Of a stretch of 64,000 bases of DNA, positions 19,627-27,904 are shown piece after piece; position 1 is the stretch's first letter; each line of letters begins with the position of its first letter. Origin of the DNA: Desulfuromonadales bacterium (GTDB lineage Bacteria; Desulfobacterota; Desulfuromonadia; Desulfuromonadales; SZUA-540); contig JAWSUS010000004.1 of the NCBI GenBank assembly GCA_033549025.1, positions 64,001-128,000 of the forward strand. Direction: 5' to 3'. Both the position numbers and the translations under genes were made by a program. The notes under the pieces are model-generated. The model did not search any database, had not been told where the DNA came from, and worked only from the letters and a program-made list of their open reading frames with translations.

Positions 19627-20352
19627 ATGGATCTCATGATGGGGACAAAACGGAAAAGAATGGCCTCCTGCCTCCGCTGGTCGGCAAGCCGCGTCACCTT
19701 GGTGGCGGTGTTGGGTGGGATGGCACTTGGCGGATGTGCCGCCGTAGGAAAGAGCAAGGAGGCCATTGTGGAACCCTCACCCGTAGTGGCTGTTGAGGCG
19801 ATGGCCGAATCCGCCGGTCCCGGTGTGCGGCATTTTACCGATGGACGGGAAGGTTTCGTGATCTCGGAACCGTCCACGCTTAATACGCGATTGCGCGCGG
19901 AATTCGATGAGGCCGTGACTCTGATCCAGGAAACTCAGTATGACCAGGCCATCGACGCTTTGAAGAGGGTGGTGGCGCAGGCCCCGGAGATCTCGGCGCC
20001 CCGCATCAATCTCGCCATTGCCTACAGACTGTCTAATCAACCGGAGCAGGCTGAGTCGGAGTTGAAAACGGCCTTGGAGTTGATAGAAGGGCATCCGGTG
20101 GCTAGCCATGAATATGGTTTACTACTGCGCCAAGCCGGACGTTTTGCCGAGGCACGGGTAATATACGAAAACGCCCTGGACCAGTTTCCCGAATATTATC
20201 CTTTACACAGAAATCTAGGCATTTTGTGCGACCTGTATCTGAAGGATTTGGCCTGTGCCGTGAGCCATTACGAAAGCTACAGCAAGGCTGTACCCAAAAA
20301 CGACCAGGTAAAGCTCTGGATTGCTGATCTGAATGCCCGGTTGGGACGCTAG
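19627..20352 (+). CDS. TPR lipoprotein, GltE/AglT-like
   Basis: Lipobox LGGC; TPRs (NLAIAYR, HEYGLLLRQAGRF, NLGILCDLYL). Confidence 0.75.
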   Translation: MDLMMGTKRKRMASCLRWSASRVTLVAVLGGMALGGCAAVGKSKEAIVEPSPVVAVEAMAESAGPGVRHFTDGREGFVISEPSTLNTRLRAEFDEAVTLIQETQYDQAIDALKRVVAQAPEISAPRINLAIAYRLSNQPEQAESELKTALELIEGHPVASHEYGLLLRQAGRFAEARVIYENALDQFPEYYPLHRNLGILCDLYLKDLACAVSHYESYSKAVPKNDQVKLWIADLNARLGR

Positions 20353-20418
20353 CCGGCTGTGGTGAAAAGCATTTTGGGCGAGACTTGGAAGGAAGTTGTT
20401 CGCTTATTGGAGTTGTCA

Positions 20419-20727
20419 ATGAATCGAAAACTGATTGTCTGCTGTTGTCTGGTTCTGCTGTGGGTCAGCCAGGCCATGGCGGAAGAACAGCAGGCCGCTG
20501 GGTCAACTGCAAATGGTGAAGACGGGGCCAAAATGATTTCCGGCATGTCGATTGTCGGCAATGATGAAGCGCCGAAGTCGCTCTTTATCGTTCCATGGAA
20601 AAGTTCCGAATTGGGCGTCGAAACCAGTCTGACTCGAACCTTGGACGAGCGAGATGTGCCAGTGGATAGGGATGTCTTTATGCGCCAGCTGGATTTTTAT
20701 GAAGTCAGTACCGGAGGAAACAACTGA
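20419..20727 (+). CDS. Small exported protein, GltF-like, 102 aa
   Basis: GGAG RBS before ATG 20419; signal peptide (AMA-E); motif GMSIVGNDEAPKSLFIVPW; lies between the GltE-like gene and the motor genes. Confidence 0.65.
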   Translation: MNRKLIVCCCLVLLWVSQAMAEEQQAAGSTANGEDGAKMISGMSIVGNDEAPKSLFIVPWKSSELGVETSLTRTLDERDVPVDRDVFMRQLDFYEVSTGGNN

Positions 20728-20857
20728 AGACCAACCCTGTTTCAGGAGGATAATAGATGGAGTGAGCAGTGCGGACGCTACAAGCGATTTATGGAGTAAC
20801 CAGGGTTTTTGCGGGTTTGATGCACGCTATATATCAGGCAAAAAAGGAGCTAACGTC

Positions 20858-21493
20858 ATGAACACTATTGTTAAATTTATCATGGAAGGGGGCGTTTTCA
20901 TGTACCCCATTTTACTCGTTGGCGCTGCCGGCGCGGCCATCGGGGCAGAACGTTGGTGGTATCTCAGGCGCACCCGGAATGCCAGTCGCGCCATGTGGAA
21001 AGAACTGCAACCGGTGTTGGCCGAGGGGGATTTCGACAAGGCCCGCGAGATGACCACCGACGACAAGGCAGCCATCTCCCAGATGCTGTCCATGGGGCTG
21101 GCTGTGCAAGGAGCGGTCCGACGGCGTCAGGATATTGAAATCGCCATGGAAGAGAGCCTGATGGAAATTACGCCTCAGCTGGAAAAACGAACCCCCTATG
21201 TCGGGCTGCTGGCCAATATCTCGACCTTGCTAGGTCTTCTCGGGACCATCATGGGTCTGATCCAGGCGTTTACCGCCGTCGCCAATGCCAATCCTGCCGA
21301 AAAAGCTGACCTGCTTTCTGCCAGTATCTCGACAGCCATGAATACTACGGCTTTTGGGCTGATCGTCGCAATTCCTCTGCTGATTCTGCATGCCATGTTG
21401 ACAACTACGGCCGGCCAGATCCTCGATAGCCTCGAGATGGCCTCGGTCAAGGCACTGAACAGTATGTCCAGGGCATCCAAACACCAGTATTAA
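20858..21493 (+). CDS. MotA/TolQ/ExbB family proton channel (AglR-like)
   Basis: AAGGAG RBS before ATG 20858; three TM segments with TLLGLLGTIMGLIQAF and AMNTTAFGLIVAIP motifs. Confidence 0.92.
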   Translation: MNTIVKFIMEGGVFMYPILLVGAAGAAIGAERWWYLRRTRNASRAMWKELQPVLAEGDFDKAREMTTDDKAAISQMLSMGLAVQGAVRRRQDIEIAMEESLMEITPQLEKRTPYVGLLANISTLLGLLGTIMGLIQAFTAVANANPAEKADLLSASISTAMNTTAFGLIVAIPLLILHAMLTTTAGQILDSLEMASVKALNSMSRASKHQY

Positions 21494-21507
21494 TAAGCGA
21501 GTTTATT

Positions 21508-21993
21508 ATGGCTAGACGTCGCAAAAGAGGATCGCAAGAAGCGCCAGAACTGGATATCACCACATTCCTTAATTTGATGGTGGTGTTGATCCCGTTTCTG
21601 CTCCTTAGTGCCGTGTTCTCCCGCATAACGATCATGGAACTGAGCGTGCCGACGGCGGCAGGTGGAGGGGCAGCAAATAAACCGAGCTTCACCATAGAGG
21701 TCATTGTCCGCAGCACCGGTTTCGAGCTGGCCAACGGTACGCAGGTGGTGGCGGCCGTTCCAAAAGCCAATGACGAGTATGACCTGAAAAAGCTGTCACA
21801 AATGCTCATCAATCTGAAGAACGATTATCCTGAAAAAGAGGATGCGACCGTTTTAGTGGAACCCAGGATCGAATACAACTACCTGATTCAGATCATGGAT
21901 ACCGTGCGCGGCACCGAAGTCATACTGCCGGGGGAATCCGAAGTGCAGAAAATGGCTCTTTTCCCGACCATTTCGATTGGAGACGCGCCATGA
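21508..21993 (+). CDS. ExbD/TolR family protein (AglQ/AglS-like) with Asn at the canonical Asp position
   Basis: ELDITTFLNLMVVLIPFLL TM helix; C-terminal IEYNYLIQIMDTVR motif. Confidence 0.88.
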   Translation: MARRRKRGSQEAPELDITTFLNLMVVLIPFLLLSAVFSRITIMELSVPTAAGGGAANKPSFTIEVIVRSTGFELANGTQVVAAVPKANDEYDLKKLSQMLINLKNDYPEKEDATVLVEPRIEYNYLIQIMDTVRGTEVILPGESEVQKMALFPTISIGDAP

Positions 21994-22484
21994 GTGAGAA
22001 CAGACGCATAAAAAGGATGGCGCGCAGGAACAAAAAAACACCTGGGCTGAACTTAACGTCCTTGATGGATGTATTCACCATTCTGGTCTTTTTTCTGCTG
22101 TTCAACTCTGGGGCCGGTGAAGTGCTGGAAGCCCCCAAGACCATCAAGTTACCTGATTCCTCGGTTGAATCCAAACCCAGGGAAACGGTCATTATCATCG
22201 TCGCTCCGGACACGGTGCTGGTCCAGGGTGAAGAGGTGGCCTCCACGCCAGAAGTCCTTGCTTCTTCCAGCGATATGATTGGCGGGGTCGCGGAGCGCCT
22301 GAATCAACTTGAACGCAATATTATCGGGGATGCTACCCGAGCTGCTGTTGACAATAAAGAAGTCACCATCCTTGCGGACAAGGCCATCCCTTTTGTCGTG
22401 CTCAAAAAAATCATGACTACCTGCACGGGTGCCGGATACGGAAAGATTTCTTTGGCGGTCAACCAGAAACCTTCGGAAAGCTAG
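21990..22484 (+). CDS. ExbD/TolR family protein (AglQ/AglS-like)
   Basis: LNLTSLMDVFTILVFFLL TM helix; ILADKAIPFVVLKKIMTTCTGAGYGKISLA C-terminal motif; ATGA overlap with the previous gene. Confidence 0.92.
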   Translation: MSENRRIKRMARRNKKTPGLNLTSLMDVFTILVFFLLFNSGAGEVLEAPKTIKLPDSSVESKPRETVIIIVAPDTVLVQGEEVASTPEVLASSSDMIGGVAERLNQLERNIIGDATRAAVDNKEVTILADKAIPFVVLKKIMTTCTGAGYGKISLAVNQKPSES

Positions 22485-22496
22485 TGTGGATATATT

Positions 22497-23906
22497 GTGA
22501 CTACTTCCTTACTATCAGAAGAATTGGAGCCCCTGAAGGCGGAAATAGAGCAAGTTCAGCTTCGGCTTGCGGCATTGAAAAGCGAGTTGGTTGCCGCAGA
22601 CACGGACGCCGAGGTCTTTGCTCTTGAGCGGCAACGCTTTGATGCCTTGCGGGACGTCTGCAATGCGATCGACCGCCTGGATGAATTTGAAGCTGTCGAA
22701 CTCTTTTGGGAGGGATTGTCGACCCATGCTGACGGCGTTCAGCATTTAGGCCGGCTGCGCGAGCGTATTGACCAGTTTGAGGGAGAAATCCAGGGGGTCC
22801 TTGACCGGCAGCAATCGCTGCAACGTCAGATTCGGCACTGTTTGGATCAACTGGAGATTCTGGACGAAGAAGTAAGCCAAGCCTACGCCCGCGAAGAGCG
22901 ACGACAGGACGAACTCGTCGTTGAGAGAGAGGCCTCGCCGATTCCATATCGACCGATGATCATGCCCTGGAGCAATGACAGCGAGAGCGAAAAGCGATAC
23001 CGCTTCGCCCTGCTCATTGCCCTGGTCCTGTCGCTTGGCTTCGGAGGAATCGTCAATGTTTGGAAATTGCCGGAACCCGATCTGTCGGCACCGCTCGTCA
23101 TCCCGGAGCGCTTGGCGATGCTGGTCAAGAAACAGCAGGAAAAGCCGAAGGAGGTGCCCAAGCCCAAGCAGAAAAAAGAAGAAATAAAGCCGGAAGAACA
23201 AGTCGCGGAAACGCCGAAGGAGCAGAAGGTCAAGGCGACTCCTGCCGAACGGGTGGCGGCGCGCACCAAAGTGGAAAGTACCGGTGTCATGGCCTTTAAG
23301 AGCAGCTTCAAGGATCTCATGGATGAAACTCCGGTGGCCGGTCTTGGTCTTGAAGCCCGTCTGAGCAACACTCCTGCCGCACCGGCAGGTTCAGCACAGG
23401 CGAGCCGTTCCTTGGTAGCGATGGCGGCGGGAAGTGGTTCCGGCAGTGGTGGAATAAGCAATGCTGCTGTGAGCACCAATCTTGGCCGTGGTGCCGGCGG
23501 TGGCGGTGGAAGTGGCATTGGTCGTGAGGGTGTCGCTTTCACGCGGGTCCAGAGTGATATCGCCAGCCTGGCAGGCGAAGAGGCACGGCCGCTCAGTGAA
23601 GGAGCGGGGCCGGCGCGCACCGACGAAGAGATTCAAATTCTGTTTGATCGTTACAAGGCGGCGCTTTACCGGATATATAACAAGGAATTGCGCAAAGATC
23701 CGACCCTGCGAGGAAAGATGGTCCTGCGCATTACCATCGAGCCGAGTGGTGAGGTTTCCGCCTGTAAGGTGGAGTCGAGCAATATCAACTCCCCTGAATT
23801 GGAAAAACAGGTAGTTGCGCGGGTCGCGAGGATCAATTTCGGACCCAAGGAAGGGGTGCCCAAGACGACCATCCTTTATCCGATCGATTTTCTCCCCGCC
23901 GGATAA
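22497..23906 (+). CDS. TonB-like energy transducer with AgmX/PglI (GltG)-type TonB C-terminal domain
   Basis: Cytoplasmic coiled coil, single TM helix (ALLIALVLSLGFGGIV), Pro/Lys/Glu-rich and Gly-rich linkers, C-terminal RTDEEIQ..IYNKELRKDPTLRGKMVLRITIEPSGEV domain. Confidence 0.85.
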   Translation: MTTSLLSEELEPLKAEIEQVQLRLAALKSELVAADTDAEVFALERQRFDALRDVCNAIDRLDEFEAVELFWEGLSTHADGVQHLGRLRERIDQFEGEIQGVLDRQQSLQRQIRHCLDQLEILDEEVSQAYAREERRQDELVVEREASPIPYRPMIMPWSNDSESEKRYRFALLIALVLSLGFGGIVNVWKLPEPDLSAPLVIPERLAMLVKKQQEKPKEVPKPKQKKEEIKPEEQVAETPKEQKVKATPAERVAARTKVESTGVMAFKSSFKDLMDETPVAGLGLEARLSNTPAAPAGSAQASRSLVAMAAGSGSGSGGISNAAVSTNLGRGAGGGGGSGIGREGVAFTRVQSDIASLAGEEARPLSEGAGPARTDEEIQILFDRYKAALYRIYNKELRKDPTLRGKMVLRITIEPSGEVSACKVESSNINSPELEKQVVARVARINFGPKEGVPKTTILYPIDFLPAG

Positions 23907-23956
23907 AAATTCGGGAGAGGGGAAGGGCTTACCCTTTCCAACGGGTTTCATGACAT

Positions 23957-23988
23957 AAAAGCCCTGGCCTTGTTTGGCTGGGGCTTTT
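23957..23988 (+). terminator. Intrinsic terminator closing the adhesin/motor operon
   Basis: AAAAGCCCTGGCC-TTGTTT-GGCTGGGGCTTTT hairpin about 50 nt after the stop codon. Confidence 0.7.
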
Positions 23989-24459
23989 GTGTGTGCGGTT
24001 ACAGCCATGGGATTGACTGTAGCCGTTGCTTGATCTTTTAAGAAAGGGTGCGTCTCTTTGGCCCTTGATGGATTTCAGGTGCTTCGCCTGGCAACGACGT
24101 GTTTCATATTGGTGCATCGCGCCAACTTCTATCCTGTGTCATGGCGCACATGTGTGCTCTCCCGGTGAGGCAAAACGCCGCCACATTTCTTTCCGGGGGT
24201 GGCGCTGGGGGTGGTGACGATGCCGGTACAGTCTTCGATCATGCCCCAACTCGCTCGCAAGGCCTGAGATTGTCTTAATTTGATCGCTTTATGGGTTAGC
24301 GCTGAAACCAAAGAAAAGATAAGGTGCTTCGAAGCCTGAAACGGCATGACTTTTGGATAAAAGGCTTTCGAGGTATTGAAAAACGTCTCCCCTTTGGTGA
24401 AATGCCCGACCCCAGTGTCGGGAGATGCGGTTACTTTTTCGTTCGTATCAAGGCTGCCC

Positions 24460-27198
24460 ATGCTGCGATTACTGCTATTTTTGATTCTATTGCTTCACGC
24501 CGCTCCAGTCTTCGCCGCGCCGTTAACGGTGGCTTTCTATTACGCCGACAACCCGCCGGCTGCCGAGCTGCAGGCTTTCGATATCGCCGTAGTCGATCCC
24601 TCTGCCGGCTTGTCTCCCTCAGAATATCGATCCCATCACAGTGAGCTATTTGCCTACGTCAGTGTTGGTGAGGCAGAACCCTTCCGTTCTTACTACGCCG
24701 AGCTGGAGCCCGCCTGGCTCCTGGGGGAAAATCCCGCTTGGAAGACCAAAATCCTCGATGTTGCCGACCCGGCTTTTCAGGCTTTTTTTCTTGAGCGAAT
24801 CATCGATCCTCTGTGGGAGGCGGGGTATCGGGGCTTTTTTTTAGACACCCTCGATTCCTACCTGATTCTGAACGAAGACAAACGCCAAAACGCCTTGCGT
24901 GCCGGTCTTATCACCATGATTCGCGGGATCAGGGAGCGCTACCCGGAAGCGCGTCTCATTTTGAACCGGGGCTTTGAAATTATGGATGAGGTCAGGGATG
25001 TGACCCTGGCCGTGGCCGCCGAATCTCTTTTTCGCCGTTTTGATCCCCTGACCGGTATTTACGGCGAGGTGTCTGAGGCGGACCGGCAGTGGCTGCTGCA
25101 ACGGTTGAACGAGGTCCGCAGGGCCGGACTGCCGGTCATCGGCATCGATTATGTTCCCCCTGACCAAAGGGAGTTGGCTCGTGCCACCGCTGGTCAAATC
25201 AAGGAACTTGGCTTCATCCCCTGGGTAACGGATAAGGATCTGGCTTCTCTGGGGGTTGGCGCGGTGGAGGTGGTGCCGCGCCGCATCCTCGGACTCTACG
25301 ACGGTAGTGAGGGGCCCGATCCGGTCTACAGCAATCTGCAGCGCTACGCGGTGATGCCTTTAAACCATCTGGGCTATCAGGTCGAGCTCCACGACCTGCG
25401 TGAACCGTTGCCGTCTGGGATTCTGGCGGGCCGCTATGCGGGGGTCGTGGTTTGGCCCAATTCCGACAGCTCCGGTGGCAGGCAGGGCTTGGCGCCCTGG
25501 CTGGAGCGGATCATGGCGGAAGGGATCAAGGTGGTTTTTCTTGACCGCTTTGGTCTGCCGGTTTCTAGCATGACCCGCTTTGGTCTCCACGATCTGACGC
25601 CTACCGCTCCTGCAGGGGACGTGCAGATCGAACACCGCGATCCCTTGGTCGGCTATGAAATAGCGCCCCGCCCCCGACCCTCAAATATCCTACCGATTCG
25701 TGTCGGTCCGCAGGATCGTTCTCTGCTGGTTCTGGGAAGTGGCACCGAAACTCTGTCGGATGCCGTGGCCATCACCTCGTGGGGGGGGTACGCTCTGGAG
25801 CCCTTCGTTATCACGGAGACGGTGGGGGATCGCGCGCACTGGGTCATTGATCCCTTTGCCTTTTTTCAGCAGGCCCTTCGCCTGCCCCTGGTGACGGCTC
25901 CCGATGTCACCACGGAAAACGGGGTGCGGCTACTGCTGACCCATATCGATGCCGATGGCTTTGAAAGCCGGGTAGAGCGTCCCGGCACCCCCCTGGCCGC
26001 TACCGAGTTACGGAAGCGTATTCTGGAGCGGTATCGTCTGCCGACCACTTTTTCCGTCATCACCAGCACCCTGGGGGATCGTGGTGACGTCTCCGATGAG
26101 GCGGCCCAGTGGCGAGAAGAGGCTCGCCAGGCATTTGCCCTTCCCTGGGTCGAGGCAGGCAGTCATACTTTTTCGCACCCTTTTTACTGGCAGGATACTC
26201 TCAGGGCCCGGGAAGACTATCCGGAAAAATACCTGCCCGTTCCCGGTTATTCCTTCAATCTGGAAGCGGAGATTGCCGGCTCCATCCGGTTTATGGAGGA
26301 AAATCTGCTGCCGCCCGGAAAAAACGTCAAGCTCCTGCAGTGGTCTGGCGATTGTATGCCGGGCGCTGATGCCCTGGCCGCGGCCTATGCAGCCGGCGTC
26401 GGCAATATCAACGGCGGCAATACCATCATCACCGAATCGGATCGCAGCCTGACCTCCGTCGCTCCTCTGGGCGTGGCCCGTGGCGGCTACTACCAGGTCT
26501 TTGCCCCCAATCAGAACGAGAACATCTATACCAATCTGTGGACCGGGCCCTTTTACGGCTACCGGCGCGTCATCGAGACCTTCCGTCTCACTGATTCTCC
26601 CCGGCGGCTCAAGCCCATCAACATCTATTACCATGTTTATTCCGCCACCAAAGAGGCCTCCCGTCAGGCCTTGGAGGATGTCTATGACTGGGCCCTGTCC
26701 CAGCGTCCCCATGCCATTTATACCTCGTCCTATGTAGACAAAGTGCTGGATTTCAACCGCACGGTGGTCGCTCGCCAGCAAGGCGGCTGGCTCATTCGTA
26801 ATGCTGGTGAATTACGGCAGCTGCGTCTGCCCCAGACAGCCGGCTATCCGGATCTGGCCCAAAGCCGCAATGTCCTGGGGTGGTCCGACCATGGTGACAG
26901 CCGCTACATCCATCTCGGCCCCGGGGGGGAGGCCTTGCTGGTGCTTTCGAACGATCCGCCCCGCCTTCCATATCTGCGATCGGTGGGGGCTGAAGTTCTG
27001 GCCTGGAAACGTCATGACAGGGGTATCCGTCTTGAGATCGAGGCCCATTTGCAGACCAGGGCGACGTTCGTCGCGCCAAAACAGTGCCGCTTGAGAGGGA
27101 TGGCCGGCCAGTCGACTTTTTCGACCACGGACAAGGGATCCTTGCATACCGCTGAACTGCCGGAGGGTAGACATGTTCTTGAACTTCTCTGCCCTTGA
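24460..27198 (+). CDS. pelA: PelA: glycoside hydrolase (GH166/GH114-like) plus CE4 deacetylase
   Basis: Signal peptide from ATG 24460; FAYVSVGE, GFFLDTLDSY, LILNRGFE, AAESLF; deacetylase HIDADGF and SHTFSHPF; RLKPINIYYH; first gene of a full pel cluster. Confidence 0.92.
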   Translation: MLRLLLFLILLLHAAPVFAAPLTVAFYYADNPPAAELQAFDIAVVDPSAGLSPSEYRSHHSELFAYVSVGEAEPFRSYYAELEPAWLLGENPAWKTKILDVADPAFQAFFLERIIDPLWEAGYRGFFLDTLDSYLILNEDKRQNALRAGLITMIRGIRERYPEARLILNRGFEIMDEVRDVTLAVAAESLFRRFDPLTGIYGEVSEADRQWLLQRLNEVRRAGLPVIGIDYVPPDQRELARATAGQIKELGFIPWVTDKDLASLGVGAVEVVPRRILGLYDGSEGPDPVYSNLQRYAVMPLNHLGYQVELHDLREPLPSGILAGRYAGVVVWPNSDSSGGRQGLAPWLERIMAEGIKVVFLDRFGLPVSSMTRFGLHDLTPTAPAGDVQIEHRDPLVGYEIAPRPRPSNILPIRVGPQDRSLLVLGSGTETLSDAVAITSWGGYALEPFVITETVGDRAHWVIDPFAFFQQALRLPLVTAPDVTTENGVRLLLTHIDADGFESRVERPGTPLAATELRKRILERYRLPTTFSVITSTLGDRGDVSDEAAQWREEARQAFALPWVEAGSHTFSHPFYWQDTLRAREDYPEKYLPVPGYSFNLEAEIAGSIRFMEENLLPPGKNVKLLQWSGDCMPGADALAAAYAAGVGNINGGNTIITESDRSLTSVAPLGVARGGYYQVFAPNQNENIYTNLWTGPFYGYRRVIETFRLTDSPRRLKPINIYYHVYSATKEASRQALEDVYDWALSQRPHAIYTSSYVDKVLDFNRTVVARQQGGWLIRNAGELRQLRLPQTAGYPDLAQSRNVLGWSDHGDSRYIHLGPGGEALLVLSNDPPRLPYLRSVGAEVLAWKRHDRGIRLEIEAHLQTRATFVAPKQCRLRGMAGQSTFSTTDKGSLHTAELPEGRHVLELLCP

Positions 27199-27904
27199 AA
27201 ATCCTTCGCGGCGGGAGCGGTTTTCCCGACCTCTCGCCGTTATTGGCACTGCTGTCGCTTTTATGGGGGTTTTGGCGCTTTTCTACCCTGAACAGGAGCT
27301 GTTGAACCTGGTGCGGCAGGATGATACCAAAGGGCCGGCCACCCGGATTTATCTGCAGGCGCTTTTGCGGACCCGGCCGCAGGATCATGATATCCGCCTG
27401 CGGCTGGCGGCCCAATATATGGATGTGGAACAGTATCGCCAGGCCCTGCGGGTGCTGGACGCCGCGGTCGGGGAAGTCTCCGCCGCGGAGCGCGAACGCT
27501 ATGCCGAGCTCATCGTGGCCAGCCTCGAACGGCTCTTCGCCCTGGACCAGGCCGAAGGCTGGCGTCAGCGATTGGAGGCGCTGGGGCGAAACGTCGAGAC
27601 CACCGATCCGACTGAACCGGATGCTTACCGCCGCCGTGCCCAACATGTTTTTGACCAGATGAGCACCGCCACCAGTCTGGAGCAGCGCCGTTCCCTGTTT
27701 TTCAGGGCGCTAAGGATTTTGCAGGAGGGCAATCTTCTGCTGGAGGCTCTGGCGGCCGCGGATGCCCATATCGGTCGACTTGCCGGCGACCGCGAGACGC
27801 TGATCTTCCTCACCCGGCTGGCCCTGTCCGCCAATCGGCCTGACCTGGCGCAAGTGTTTGTCCGCCGGGCTCTTGGCCTGCCGAGTCCGGGAGGGAACCC
27901 ATGA
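27173..27904 (+). CDS. PelB N-terminal portion encoded as a separate gene (TM anchor plus TPR)
   Basis: N-terminal TM helix then YLQALLRTRPQDHDIRLRLA, resembling the PelB N-terminus; located between pelA and pelB. Confidence 0.65.
   Translation: MFLNFSALENPSRRERFSRPLAVIGTAVAFMGVLALFYPEQELLNLVRQDDTKGPATRIYLQALLRTRPQDHDIRLRLAAQYMDVEQYRQALRVLDAAVGEVSAAERERYAELIVASLERLFALDQAEGWRQRLEALGRNVETTDPTEPDAYRRRAQHVFDQMSTATSLEQRRSLFFRALRILQEGNLLLEALAAADAHIGRLAGDRETLIFLTRLALSANRPDLAQVFVRRALGLPSPGGNP

Noticed and set aside
20858..23906. Ordinary TonB-ExbBD uptake or Tol-Pal system
   Set aside because: No TonB-dependent receptor, TolB or Pal nearby; two ExbD paralogs, an AgmX/PglI-type C-terminal domain and flanking TPR genes fit the Agl-Glt-like class better.
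24342..24357. Sigma54-like CGGCATGACTTTTGGA upstream of pelA, and a FleQ-box-like GGCAAAACGCCGCC near 24169
   Set aside because: The -12 element is GG rather than GC and the activator box is a weak match; not supportable without TSS data.
24026..24461. Short ORFs and a possible second riboswitch in the spacer before pelA
   Set aside because: No recognisable protein motifs and no GEMM or other aptamer consensus found by eye.
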